Positions 43,001 to 54,541 of a stretch of DNA of 54,541 nt are shown in pieces. The stretch is from contig NW_024705318.1 in NCBI RefSeq assembly GCF_018977255.1, positions 1 to 54,541 on the forward strand, written 5' to 3'. The translations under genes were made by a program, and so were the position numbers. A model generated the notes under the pieces. That model had not been told where the DNA came from and did no database searches. It was given only the letters and a program-made list of their open reading frames with translations. How positions within the stretch are numbered: the stretch's first letter is position 1; each line of letters opens with the position of its first letter. The DNA is from Callorhinchus milii. Lineage: Eukaryota.

Positions 43001-46000
43001 AATCCTTATCTTCCATATGTCACGTGGTTCCAAGGGTTGCTCGCTGAGACCTCACCCAAGTGGCCGCTGTTTGGTGTGTGAGCCCTGGCGGTGAGCCGTG
43101 ACAACTGTACAGGGGTAAGGGTCAGTCCTGTAGCTCAGTGGTTAGAGCACTCGCTTTACAAGCGAGAGACCTGAGTTCAATTCCAGGCAGAGGGCGAAAC
43201 CTCGGGCAAGTTTCCTTACTCCACACAGAGCCTAATAATAATCCCTCCAAAACCAAAAACAATAATAAATTGGTCATTTTCAATCTACGACTGTTTGTGG
43301 GACATTGCTGTGTGCAATTGGCTGCCGCGTTCGCCCACAAATATACAGTCAATTCACTTTACAGTATATTCTGTGAAGCGCTTTGGGACGTCCTCCCGAC
43401 GTGAAAAGCGCTATATCAAATGCAAGGATTATTATTATTATTATCACAGGCGACTGATTACTCACCGGCCATAACTGCGGTCTTCTCTGTACTCGTAGTA
43501 TCCGTGTCCCTGCTCACTAAACGGCCTCTTCCTGCTTGGCTGCGTCTCTTTGATCTCCGCCTCACTCAGGGGCTCTTCCTTTACCTCCGCCTTTTGCCGT
43601 TCTGCACAAGAAGCGTTAAGCGGCTGTGACGACGGCAACAAGACAGTCTGAAGTAGATTTGCCGCTCTGCGCGCCACGTAAAAGCTGCTCACAGTTCATT
43701 CGTCTTTCCTACTCGTTAAAAGACCCCAATTTCAGAGCTTGCCGAGGCTAATTGCAAGTGAATTTGATTTGGTTAACTGGACGACACATCTCGAAACAAT
43801 CGATGACTGCCCTTGTGAAGAACATGGGCAAGATTAAACCGGGTACAAAATTAGCAGGTACGATTAGAACGGTCTATCTTTATATCCCACAAGACCAGGT
43901 GCCTTATTCGTTGACCAGAATAGGTGAGGTGGACGCCAACTGGACAACATTAAACAGGTTAAGGAATAATAATATAATGTAATAACAATCCTTGCACTTG
44001 ACATAGCGTCTTAATCACGTCTTCAAGACATCTCAAACAAGATTTCGACTTGCGAAGCTGTGGTTCACTGAAAAACGGGACCGGAAAAGTGGGCATAGAG
44101 ACCGGGAATGCGCTCCACTGTGGGAAGAGAGAGAGAAAAAAATGTCTCTTGTCCAATTTTTCATTAAAATCCCAGATGGTTAACAGCTCGTTGCACGTTG
44201 CGCGGCATATCGTGGGATCGGGCAAGGTTAGTACGCACTTTCCCTCTCACTTTCCGCACCAATTAATTCCTTCAGTCCCAAACCAGCTCAACGAATATCG
44301 GATTCCAGTCAACTGCGAACATCAGCAGCGAGGCAGCAGTATGCGAAAGGCAGCGGCTGCCTTGGGAAGAAAGTCTTCAGAAGGACTCGCGAAGGTGCAC
44401 CTCTCTAACCGCCCTTTCCGAAACAGCTACAGCGACAACTTGCACTGCATGTCGTGCCTGACGTGCGAGGTCGCGACTCAAGAGCGCTCAACGGCGACGG
44501 AGCTTGACGCTGATCCGAGGAAAGAGCGGAAGCGCCCGCAATAATTATCATCATTATATTATTATTATCATCACGGGCTTGGTCGATGGAGGATGGTCTT
44601 CGGGTGCGAGCAGAAGACGTACAAGGCAGAGGGGGGGGGGACCGAGGTCGCGAGCTCCAGAGCTCAGTGTGAGAATACAGCTTTTGGAGGGCATAATGTT
44701 ATTAATGGCCACCAAGACCATTCCATTGGATCGGCCAAGAAACTACAGTATCAGGAACTTACCCGAACCCTGCTGTTCGGCTGTCTGCTTAGCGAATGGC
44801 CTCTCAAAGCTCTCCTTCACGTCGTCTGGCTCAGGCGCCGCAAAATCGCCACCTTCCTGGTCGAACAGGTTCGCGTCCGCACTAAAATCCTCTTCGCCGT
44901 CAGCAGCCTCAATCCCTGTAAATTTTTTTTTTTTTTTTGGGGGGGGGAAAAAAAAACCCACGTCAGTCTCCCCAAAGCGAGCGAAATCCTCACCCGCCGT
45001 CGCGTTCCGACGCCGATCGCGGTTGGTAACGGCGCCCTTCGCCGCCGGGAGGACGTTTCAAAGCGCTTCGCGGCCTTTACTGCGAAGTGCCGCCACTATT
45101 TTTTTGTGGCCACGTTACCTTCTAAGTGATAATCTCGCGGGAGCAGTCTCACACTTACGGTAATCGTCGTCCTTGCATTTGACGTAGTGCCTGATCGAGC
45201 CTTCGGAGAGGTCTCGAGTCGCTTCACGGCAAAGTGAATGGACTGATTATTTCGTGGGGGGGGAAACGCAGCAGCCAATGGCGCACAGCGGTGTGTGTCC
45301 CCCCCCCCCCAACGTAGCCCGTGGATTGAGTGACCAAATTATTAGTAGAGATACACCAATGCTTAGCCACAGACGTTGCACTGTACGTTCCGTCGCTTCG
45401 TGAACCCGATTTGCACCGTCGCGGTTATGAACAGAGGAACCGAAAGCAGTGGTACAGTCTGAATCACCGGTGTCGCAGAACCGGTACACGCACACACACA
45501 CACGCACACATACACACACACGCACACACACGCGCGCGCGCCTCGAGGAAGCAAACCTCGGCACACGCCCAACCGGACGGGGAAGGGTCTGTCTGGCGGG
45601 GACGCGGAACGCCGGCGCTCCGCACGGACACGGGAGCATCCGACGCACAACAGCCGTTACAGCACAACGAACCCCGCGAAGCGCTTCGGGACGTCTCGAG
45701 GACGCGATAAGGCGCTGTATCGAAACACGGGGATTATTATTTTCCTTGAGGGGGAAGGGGGCCGGGGGTGTGGGGGGGGCGTGGGTGGGGGGTGTGTGGG
45801 GGGGAGACGTCAAAACAGTTTGACGAGACAAACAGAGTATTAGCATTGAATTATTTTAAGCAGATTGGATCAAGTGCATAATACAGCCACAGTAACTCTA
45901 ACTGTTTCAACAACAACAACAACGACGACGACTCGCATTTACACCGCATCACTCGCGCGGAGGGTTTTACAGTCGCGGAGTCCGACCCCCCACCACCCCC

Positions 46001-47012
46001 CACGCCCCGAGCCGGGTGGGGTGGGGGGGGGGGGGGGAGGCGGAGGGTTCAGTTGACCGCAGGCGCCATCGGAAAGGAAGGTCTCCTTTTTGGTGTCAAC
46101 TGGAATATTAATATTAGAGTAGTAAAACACTCGATGTAAACAGAATCAGTGTCGTTGCTAATATCGGAGCCTTAACCCGACACGGAAAGGGGAAGGGGGG
46201 GAGCGGTGGTGGGGGGAGCGGTGGGGGGGGACGGAGGGAGACCTCGAGGCCCCGGTGGTGCCTGTGTTGGGTTATTTATTATTGATATATATATATATAC
46301 ACATAGAAATGTGTGTGTATTACACATATACATAGAATTGCAGCCGCATTCGATCCGGTGCCCTCTCGGAGTCGGCCTCCGCCACCGCGAAGCGCTCCGC
46401 GGCGCCGCCCCCCCCCCGCGAGGCAGGTGTGAGTTGTCGCCGCCGCAGCGACGCCGCGACAACGACAACGCCGCCGCTGACGACGACGACTCGGGGACCC
46501 GCGTGGGGCGGCGCCACGGGGAGCGTTGGCCTCGCGGGAGGGGTGCGCACCGCCGCGGCCGCGGCTCTCCGGGGGTGGGGGTGGGGGGGGGGGTGGGGGG
46601 GCGAAGGCGGCCGCCAATCCGGGCGGAGCGGCGTCTCTCAACAACGCCGACGACGACAACGCCGACGACGCGTAACGACGACGACGACAACGACCACCAC
46701 CACCGCCGCCGACGCCGACCCTCGCACTCGACGCGACGCCCGATCACGTCTCCCGGGCGCCTCGCGCTGCGGGCGGAGTGTAGTGACTGTGCGATCGGGG
46801 CCGAGGGGAGGGGTGGGGGGGGGGGACGGGACTGGGTCAAAGGGCGCCGAGTGTAGTGACTGTGTACTGTGCGTGTGGAGTGGCGGTGGATTGGGAGAGC
46901 AGTTACCACTGCGGTCCTGTCACTCACCTTCCTCTTCTTTCCCCTCACCATCCTCCTCCTCTTCCTCCTCCTCCTCCGGCGGCGGCGGCGGCGGCTGCGG
47001 CCCCTCTCCCTC
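40009..47012 (-). CDS. HNRNPUL1: HNRNPUL1 from exon 1 (3' part) to exon 8 (5' part): acidic region and SPRY/B30.2 domain, inverted block
   Basis: complement join(46928..47012 [28 protein letters not shown]; 44763..44915; 43466..43601 [20 protein letters not shown]; 42829..42902 [24 protein letters not shown]; 42331..42470 [36 protein letters not shown]; 41526..41625 [33 protein letters not shown]; 40756..40868 [38 protein letters not shown]; about 40009..40103 [23 protein letters not shown]). Introns are GT-AG and phases are consistent. Confidence 0.93.
40176..40513 (-). mobile_element. SINE copy
   Basis: Reverse-complement head, core and tail. Confidence 0.8.
40910..41253 (-). mobile_element. 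SINE copy
   Basis: Reverse-complement head (GAGCTACAGGACTCC on +), core and tail. Many more partial copies occur across the window, e.g. near 935, 1100, 1690, 3740, 4220, 4945, 7400, 9600, 27710, 45140 and 48600. Confidence 0.8.
41820..42035 (-). mobile_element. CR1-type LINE 3' fragment
   Basis: [26 protein letters not shown] on the minus strand, a CR1 ORF2 terminal motif. Confidence 0.8.
43121..43444 (+). mobile_element. Full-length SINE, near-identical to 11365-11689
   Basis: Same head, core and tail with few differences. Confidence 0.9.
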
Positions 47013-48260
47013 NNNNNNNNNNNNNNNNNNNNNNNNNCGGAATGTGCTGTTGTTGGGTGTCGTATGTGGTGTGTGTGTGCGTGTGACAGAGAGAGACGTG
47101 GCGTGTGCGTGTGCAGTGTTTAGAGGCTTCCGATTCCAGAAACGGAAGACATTTTTTTTTTCGCGCGTGGATTAATCGGCTAAAACAGCAACGCGGGGGT
47201 CGCGGGGGGGGGGGGGGGGGGGGGAGTGGGGGTCCGGGAGAGGGAGAAAGCCAAGTCTTAAGAGATACAGCACTTGCTTTGTACAGAGAGCGGAGTGTTC
47301 CCACGTCCCCCACTCCCTCTCTCTTTGAATCATACATTTTTATATATACACATGTATTAAAATATAGACACACACACAGCATAATTGCCAACATTTTTTG
47401 GTGGGCGGAGGGGGGTGGGGGGGTGGGTGGGAGAGAAGATATCCTGATTCTCCGCCCCTAAAGCAGACACGATACCGATCGAAGACTGCGATCCAAAAAA
47501 AATATTCCTCCGGTTTTAATTAAAATGGGTTTATATATTTTTTTTTTCTCCTCCTCCTCCTTCCACTCGGAACACAAAATTCCTGCAGGACCCGGTTGAA
47601 AAGGAACAGAGAGAGAGAGAGAGAGACCAGACCAGACCAACGGTACGAAAAGCTATTCGACCACAGGCGTAAAACAGAGCGCAAAGCAGAACGGAGGGGA
47701 GTGCGCGAGCGCGTGCGCCAGGAGGGGTGTCGCACAAATCGTTTACATACATTATTTTAAAAAAGTCCCGACACGTGTTAAAAATTAATGACATTATTAT
47801 CCTTTTCCTCCGTCTCTCTGTCTGTCTCTGTCTGTCTGTCGCTCCCTCCTTTCTCTCTAGGAAAGAAAAGTATCCCCACCCTCCACCCCCACCCACCCCC
47901 TCACCCACCCCGTAGGGTTATCCTGACAAAATATCAACAGCTTTACCGACAGTAAAAAGTGACATAAAAATCTAAAAAGGCTTAATCACGTGGCGGCCGT
48001 AGCCCCAGAACCTGTACACACTTTCTGCAGTTTGCTAGTTAACTCGATTTGACTTGACATAACAAAAAAAAACTCCAGCGGCCTATTTATTTATCTATCT
48101 AACTATCTATCGTTCCCTCCGCGTGGCTTCGACCTTCGTGTGTGTCACGGAGCGATAGAATTACCGTGTGTTTTTTTTTTCTTTTTCTTTTTAAAAAAAA
48201 AAAAGAGAGGACGACGGCCGGCGGCGGCGGGGTGGTGGTGGGGGGGGGGGCGGCGGGAGT

Positions 48261-49640
48261 TTACTGCGAGCCGGAGCCCTGCGAACCTCCGGAGTAGTTC
48301 CCGTACGTGTAGTTCCCGTAATATTGGTTCCACTGACTCTCGTTCTGGTAGTACTGGTTCCACTGTTGAGCGTACTGAGGGACAAGAGTTGGAGTGAGTC
48401 TCATTTTCTTCCCCGCCACACCCTCTCCTCTCGCGCCTTCGTCAACCGCAACCAATTATGTTTACGCAGAAGCCTTTCGTGTCGGGAGGACGTTTGCAGG
48501 TCGACTGCTCTCCCCCACCCCCCACACCTCCCCCCCTCCCCAAGTAAAGCAAAAGTACCCGCTGGCCGCGCTCCCACGTCGCCTCTGGCAGTCAGTCGCA
48601 GCGGATCCTGTGAAGCGCTTCGGGACAGGTCAATGACGCGCTAAGGCGCTGTTTCCAATGCGAGGATCATTGCTATTATTACATTAGTTATTACTCACAG
48701 GGCTCTGTGGCCTTTCAGGCAGCTCTTACCAATCAATACCGGCGCTGAGGACAGGGGAGTGTGAGGATCTGGCGCTAACGCCTTCCCTTGCCGGGACCAG
48801 AGGGGATTCAGTCACCTGCTCGTTGCCTTGTACATTTCGAGAGTGCGGACACTTGGGCAAGTTGGGGGTGGTGGTGGGGGTGGGGGGAACGGGACCCTTT
48901 TAAACGGCCATTTTACTCACCTGCTGGTACTGGCTGGGGTACTGCTGGCTGTAGGTTTGTGTCGTCGCCTGGGGCGGATGTTGGCTGTAACCCTGGGTGT
49001 AGCTGTCGTAGTTGCTGTAGTTCCCGTAGTTGTAGTTCTGATTGTAGCCTTGACTGTAGCCTTGGACATAACCCTGACTGTAGCTCTGCTGAGGAACGAG
49101 ACACGGGGGTGGGGGGGGGAAATTGACAGGATGGCATACATTCCCCCATCCCAGTCCCTCCGCGTCGCCCCCTCCCTTGCCCCCCTTCTTCCACCATGCC
49201 TTCGATCACCCTCCTACCCCTCCACACCCCCACCGATGCCAACCACCAACTCGGGTCCAGGATCCCTGACTGTCCAGCGGCTTGGGGACGTCCTCCTGGC
49301 GCGAAAGGCGCTATACAAATCTACGGAATAACAGTAATAATGACTACTATTACCGTGAACCCTCCCCGCCCGCCCGCGCGCGCACAAAAATGGGCGTTCC
49401 CGTCTGTCCTTCCTCCCCCCAAAAAAACGATCGCCCGGCTCGCAACGGGCAACTGCGATGGGAGTAGAGAGTGGGGGTGGCGGTGGGGTGGGGCGGTGGG
49501 CGGGCGTCACCTTACCTGTCCCGGACTGTAGCTGCTTTTGCTGTAGCTGGGCGTACGTGGAGCGCCGTAACTCTGTGTCCGGTTGTAGTTCCCGCGGCTG
49601 GCCACGGCGGTGGGTGCGGGGGCTGGGACCATGCTGCCGC

Positions 49641-49671
<31 letters not shown>

Positions 49672-49742
49672 GCCGCTGCCGCCGCTGCTGCTGCTGCTAG
49701 TGCCCCAGCGACTGGGAGGGGTGTTCCCTCCACGGCTGTAGC
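48261..49742 (-). CDS. HNRNPUL1: HNRNPUL1 last three coding exons (G/S-rich and Y/Q/N-rich prion-like tail)
   Basis: complement join(49516..49742 [14 protein letters not shown]...SYSPGQ; 48921..49085 [23 protein letters not shown]...QYQQ; 48261..48374 [37 protein letters not shown]). The [11 protein letters not shown] motif is typical of the UL1 C-terminus. The 3' UTR runs toward 47038. Confidence 0.88.
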
Positions 49743-49799
49743 CTGCGCGAGGACAACAACACGACACAACACAAGTGTTACCTCTACATCGCTTAAGAA

Positions 49800-50150
49800 C
49801 ACAATGTACCCTCCGTTCCCTCCGGCTCCGGTCTGCTCCACGTCCCCCGCCCCAACCGCCCGACCATCGGTGGCCTTCAGCCTCTCAGCCCCGAGGCTCT
49901 GGACGTCCATCCCCAGTGCCTTCGCCGCTTCCTCCCTTTCCTCCTTCAAGGCCGGTCTCAAGGCCTTTCTCCTTGACCGTACCTTCAGCTCCGCTCTCGA
50001 CTCTCTACCCCCTCCTCGCTCCCTCCCTCCCTCCCCTCACCCTGACCATTTCCCCCCAATGCTCGGGTCCTGACCCAACTGTGCAGCGCCTCGGGACGTC
50101 CTCCCGACGTGAAAGGCGCTCTATAAATGAATTGTTGTTGTTGTTGTTGG
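49800..50150 (+). mobile_element. L2-type LINE 3' end with its tail
   Basis: AFSLSAPRLWTSIP...SLSSFKAGLKAFLLDRTF, then CAGCGCCTCGGGACGTCCTCCCGACGTGAAAGGCGCT and (TTG)n. Confidence 0.8.
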
Positions 50151-51361
50151 AAGGCCAGTCGAACAAAGCCTGAGGTCCATCTGGTTCGCCTTCCACCTTC
50201 CTGGTGGTCTCTTGCACCTGCGCCCCGAACTACCTACGTACCTCAGCCCTCATTTGCACAGCGCCTTTCATGTCGGGAGGACATCCCGAGGCGCCGGACA
50301 GCCGAGGATTTCGATTGAACCTGGTTCAACGCACACGCTACATGTCCGGACACCACGCCACACACACGCCCGCACACCCGCGCGCTCAATAAAAAGAAAT
50401 TCTTAACGTCGGCCCTCGATAGAAGCGTCTTACTTGTTATCACACGGCCTCGGTGCCGTCGTCGTCGTCCCGTCCCCCCCCCCCCCCCGTCCGTGCGCGC
50501 CTCCCTCGCGCGCGCCCCACGACTCAGACCGGCCAAATCGAGGGGGTGACTCCTCGGTCGTTACTCTGCACTGATCACAGCAGTGGGCGCGGGGCGGGGG
50601 GAGAGGCGCAATCGCTCCACCCTCTCCACGGCCACTGCTGGTGAGTACATTTATACCCACCTTCGGCGTTGGCTGGTGGGGTGAGCGCTTAGATCAAGGT
50701 CTAGCCTAGCGCCCACCCCCCACCCCACCCCCCACCCTCTCTATGTCCGTCTCCCTCCCATTCAGAGCGTACGTGTTTGCTTGGCTGAGTCTCGATGAAT
50801 CATTGCGCTGCGGTCCGGACTAACCCGGGATAGCGGGCAGAGCGTCTCGGGTCGCAAGCGCTTGCGGTTTCAAACACCTTCCCGGAGCGGCAGCAGCTTT
50901 CCAGGGGGATTGCCCTCCAGCCCTCGAGTGGCTCGTCCCAAGCGTCGTGACCGACGCGCAATATCGATGCCGCTGCGTGTTGCTCTGCGTGTTGCTCTGC
51001 GTGTTGCTCTGCGCGTGTGCGCGGGTTGTGCGAACGTCAGTACCCCATTTGGCTCTTGAAAGAATCGGAACGCTTTCTGCTGCCGGAGTCCGTCTCGTTC
51101 CCAGTCTCCCCCGTTCCGCAGCCTGTTCCGTTCCGCACGTTTACCGCTCGCTCTCCGAAGTAGTGTGTGTGTGTGTCCCGATTTGTTGTAAATGTACCCC
51201 CCCACCCCCCAATCCCCACCGGTTCGATCGCAGACCGTGTCCTCTGGTCCTACCGTTTCACCACAAGATAAAACCGAGCTTACCCGGTCCCTCCAGAAAG
51301 TCTCTACCAGCTCTCCGAGCGAGTGTTCGTTCGGACCCACCGCCCACTCTTCCCCTTCGTG

Positions 51362-51600
51362 GGGACAGGAGGAGGCCATTCAGCCCCGAGAGCCAGTTCC
51401 GCCATTCTATTAGATCACGGCCAATCTGTGCCTCAACCCCCCACCCACCCGCCTCTGCCCCGTATCCCTCGATCCCCTCCGACAAACATCTCTCCACCTC
51501 GGACTGGACAATGTGAATGGATCCACAGCCATAACCCGCAGCCCTTTTTTTTTGGTGGTGGGGGGGGGAGAGAGTTCCAGATTCTCACTGACCCTTTTCA
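51362..51600 (-). mobile_element. CR1-type LINE 3' fragment
   Basis: Homologous to 7788-8000. Confidence 0.7.
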
Positions 51601-52209
51601 CGTCGGGAGGACGTCCCAAGGCAACTGGACGGACAGTCAGGGATTATATATGTGTACATATATACATATATATATACACTGTCTGCTTCCCTGTTTCGCG
51701 CCGACAGATGTCCCCGTTGCGTTTCCTTCGCGCCCGCGGGTTACAGTTTAGTTTGCTCAGCGCCCGCTTTTTTTTTAAAAAGCTCGGGAGGGGGGACGGC
51801 GCCTGACGATCGGCCGGGCTGGGGCTGGGGTGGGTGGGGGGGGGGGGGGGGGCGGTGGGGGGGAGCAGGAAACGACGCTACACAAACCCAACGGTTGGTG
51901 TGCGTGCGGGAGGCGGTTTGGTCTCCGCCGACCACGTCTGCACTGACCCATCCACGAAACACAACCGAACGTTACCTCTGCGCTTCGAAATAGGTCCCGT
52001 ACAAGGCGTCCGCAAAGTCCCGCTGTCCCCCCGCACCCACACACCCGCCGCCGCCGCCGCTCCGCGTATTTTTTTTCCCCCTACGGTGCGCACTGACCCA
52101 ACAACCGAAAGGTGTGGGAGAATGATGACCGTTGTGTCGAGGAGTACTTGTTTAGAAATGCAATTGTATTTAAGTGCGTTGCGTTGCGTTTAGACATCCA
52201 GTGGGATCG

Positions 52210-52545
52210 GTGCGTGTGTGTGCGCGCGGGCGAGCGAGTGTGTGTGTGCGTGTGTGCGCGCGTGTGTGTGCGCGTGTGCATGCGCGCGTGTGGGCAAGCG
52301 AGCGTGTGTGTGTGTGTGTGTATGCGCGCGTGTGGGCGAGCGTGTATGTGCGTCCATGTGTGTGCGAGTGTGTGTGCGCGTGTGTGTGTGTGCGTGTGTG
52401 TGTGGGCGAGCGTGTGTGTGCGCGCGTGTGGGCGAGCGAGCGTGTGTGCGCGTGTGCGTGCGTGTGTGTGGGCGAGCGTGTGTGTGCGCGCGTGTGGGCG
52501 AGCGAGCGTGTGTGCGCGTGTGTGTGCGTGCGTGCGTGTGATTGT
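52210..52545. repeat. Compound (TG)n/(CG)n microsatellite with GGGCGAGCG interruptions
   Basis: Directly visible alternating purine-pyrimidine tract. Confidence 0.9.
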
Positions 52546-52699
52546 GCGCGCGAGCGCCGTCGTTTTCGCGGCAGATCACCATCCGTCACCGCGTTCGGTG
52601 TGACGTCTTCTGTAACGTGGACGGAGTGAGCGATGAAGGATAAACATATCTCTCGACGGACAGTCTGAGCTCCTCTCTCTGTAGTCTCGTATCGCTGCT

Positions 52700-52926
52700 T
52701 CGTAATTTGTGGGCGAACGCGGCGGCCAATTGCGCACAGCAATGTCCCACAGACAGTCGTGGATTGAAAATGACCAATTTATTATGTTTTTGGTTTTGGA
52801 GGGTTTATTATTAGGCTCTGTGTGGAGTAAGGAAACTTGTCCCGAGGTTTCGCCCTCTGCCGGGGATTGAACTCAGGTCTCTCACTCGCAAAGCGAGTGC
52901 TCTAACCCCTGAGCCTCAGGACTCCT
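52700..52926 (-). mobile_element. SINE of the same young subfamily, 3'-truncated
   Basis: Reverse complement of the 11365 head and core. Confidence 0.85.
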
Positions 52927-53773
52927 TGTCCTGTCCTCGAGACGCCTCCCAAGCGCCGCAGAGTGAATCGACCGCGCGCTTCGCGGCCCCCGACGGCGCG
53001 CGGCAGCTTCCCGGCGCCGCGGGAGGGAGGGAGGGAGGGAGGGAGACCGATTCGATTCGGGGGAGTTATCGGCCGGGACACCGAGAGGGAGAGGGGGAGA
53101 GGGGGAGAGGGAGAGAGACTCAAACCCACAAACTTCTGACTCGAGGAGAGAGCCACCGCTGAGCCGCGTTGACGCGCTGTTCGCGAGTCGTCGCTGCAAA
53201 ACTCAAGTCGCTTCAATCGGTCGGCGATACGGTGAGTAGGCGACCGGGTGGGGGGTTTTTTTTTGCCCCCCCACCCCCACACACACACCCACCCCCCCAC
53301 CCTCTATGTTCCCTTACAGAAATCTGTCTCGACCGTCCTCGAGAGGCTCAAGTCGGCTCAGGTTCGCGTTCACGCCGGACTCCCGAGGTCGTGCCCGGAT
53401 CCGGCGCGTTCCAGAGCTCGTCCCGGGGCGGACGGGGTGGGGGGGGGGTGGGGTGGTGGGTGGGGGTGGAGGTTGTGGGGGGTCGGAGGCGGAAGGTGAG
53501 CAGCCGTCGACGGGATTAGGGACACGAACAAGTTCTGAATAGATCAGTGCGATAATAATAATAGTATTTGCGTTTGATTCTTAGCGCCTCATCGGGTCGT
53601 TCGGACGCCCCCGAAGCGCTCCGCGGACGGACTGACCCGCGTGCGAACGCTCCGGACCGCTCAGCGACGGGACCCCACGCAAAAGGCGGTACCAAATGCA
53701 AAGATTATTATTATTATTATTATTATTATTATCATCGTCTTCGTCGTGGTCGTGGTCGTCGTCGTGGTCGTCG

Positions 53774-54486
53774 TTACGCGCTGCTCCCGCGCCCCGTTTG
53801 CTGGCGGGGGCTGCAGCGCAGGAGGTACGGCCGGTGGAGGGTCGAGAAGCCGCTGGACAGGGGCGCGATGTCGACGGCCTCCGGCTCCGCTCGCGATCCG
53901 AGGGTGAAGTTCCGCAGCAGCGCGGTGAGGAAGAGGAAGAGCTGCGTCTGAGCCACCTTCTCGCCGATGCACATCCGGCTGCCTGCACGAGACCACGCTC
54001 CGGTTAAGACGGCAACGGCGCGCGCCTCGGACGCGGCGGCGGCGGCGGCGCACGCGTTATTTTTGAAGGAGCTTCGAGCCCGCTCCGACCTCTCCCCGTT
54101 ATCTCGGAGCCCCCCACCCCCACCCCCCCCACCACCCCCACCCCACCCCGGGTATCGCTTGGGTTAACCGTCCAGGGCAGCGGGACTGCCCAAAGCGCTT
54201 CGCGGGACGCGCGGACCCGTGGTTTTTTTTTCCTCGTTGCGGTTGCGGTCGGCGCACGCGGCAGACGGTTTCGCGCGCAGCGAGGTTTCCCCCCAACCCC
54301 CACCACCACCCCACCCCCCCCAGCCCCGCCCCGCCCGCCCCGACCTGTGGAAAAGGGGATGAAAGCCTCGTTCTTCTTGAACTGTCCCCTTTCGTCCAGG
54401 AAGTGGTTGGGGTCGAAGGTGTGCGGAGATTCCCAGTGACTCGGGTCGTGCAACACCGAGGCCAAGAGGGGAATCACCAACATTCC
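53774..54486 (-). CDS. Cytochrome P450 family 2, exons 8-9 (gene continues beyond the window)
   Basis: complement join(54345..54486, 142 nt, [47 protein letters not shown]; 53774..53982 [26 protein letters not shown]...*). The heme motif FSTGSRMCIG is split at the canonical CYP2 exon 8/9 junction. Confidence 0.93.
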
Positions 54487-54508
54487 CTGTGGAGGAGAGC
54501 GATTTGTA

Positions 54509-54541
<33 letters not shown>

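Noticed and set aside
30796-47012. Trans-splicing or programmed gene scrambling of ECH1 and HNRNPUL1
   Set aside because: The blocks mostly abut N-gaps, one break lies mid-exon, and simple in-place flips restore normal genes. Assembly error is far more parsimonious.

Overview
Vertebrate genomic DNA, most likely a cartilaginous fish such as a chimaera (inferred from the repeat families, not verified). It has four N-gaps (7075-7207, 30771-30795, 33508-34321, 47013-47037) and is dense in one tRNA-Ala-derived SINE family plus CR1 and L2 LINE 3' fragments. Nearly all listed ORFs are repeat or low-complexity noise; the real genes are spliced. In order: (1) exons 7-13 of a divergent hnRNP L paralogue (+); (2) a complete 13-exon HNRNPL (+, 544 aa) with a U12 AT-AC intron, a promoter of ten CCAAT boxes, and a CA-rich cluster followed by a 70-nt poison exon; (3) ECH1, with exons 3-5 on a flipped contig; (4) HNRNPUL1, scrambled into a + block and two - blocks with the middle exons missing; (5) the last two exons of a CYP2-family P450 (-). 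The most interesting biology is the tandem hnRNP L pair. Both copies keep a homologous poison exon with conserved flanks, a conserved mini-hairpin and a second donor-like motif, which suggests an auto- or cross-regulatory NMD circuit. The inversions are probably assembly artefacts, but at least one junction has no gap and needs checking against reads.
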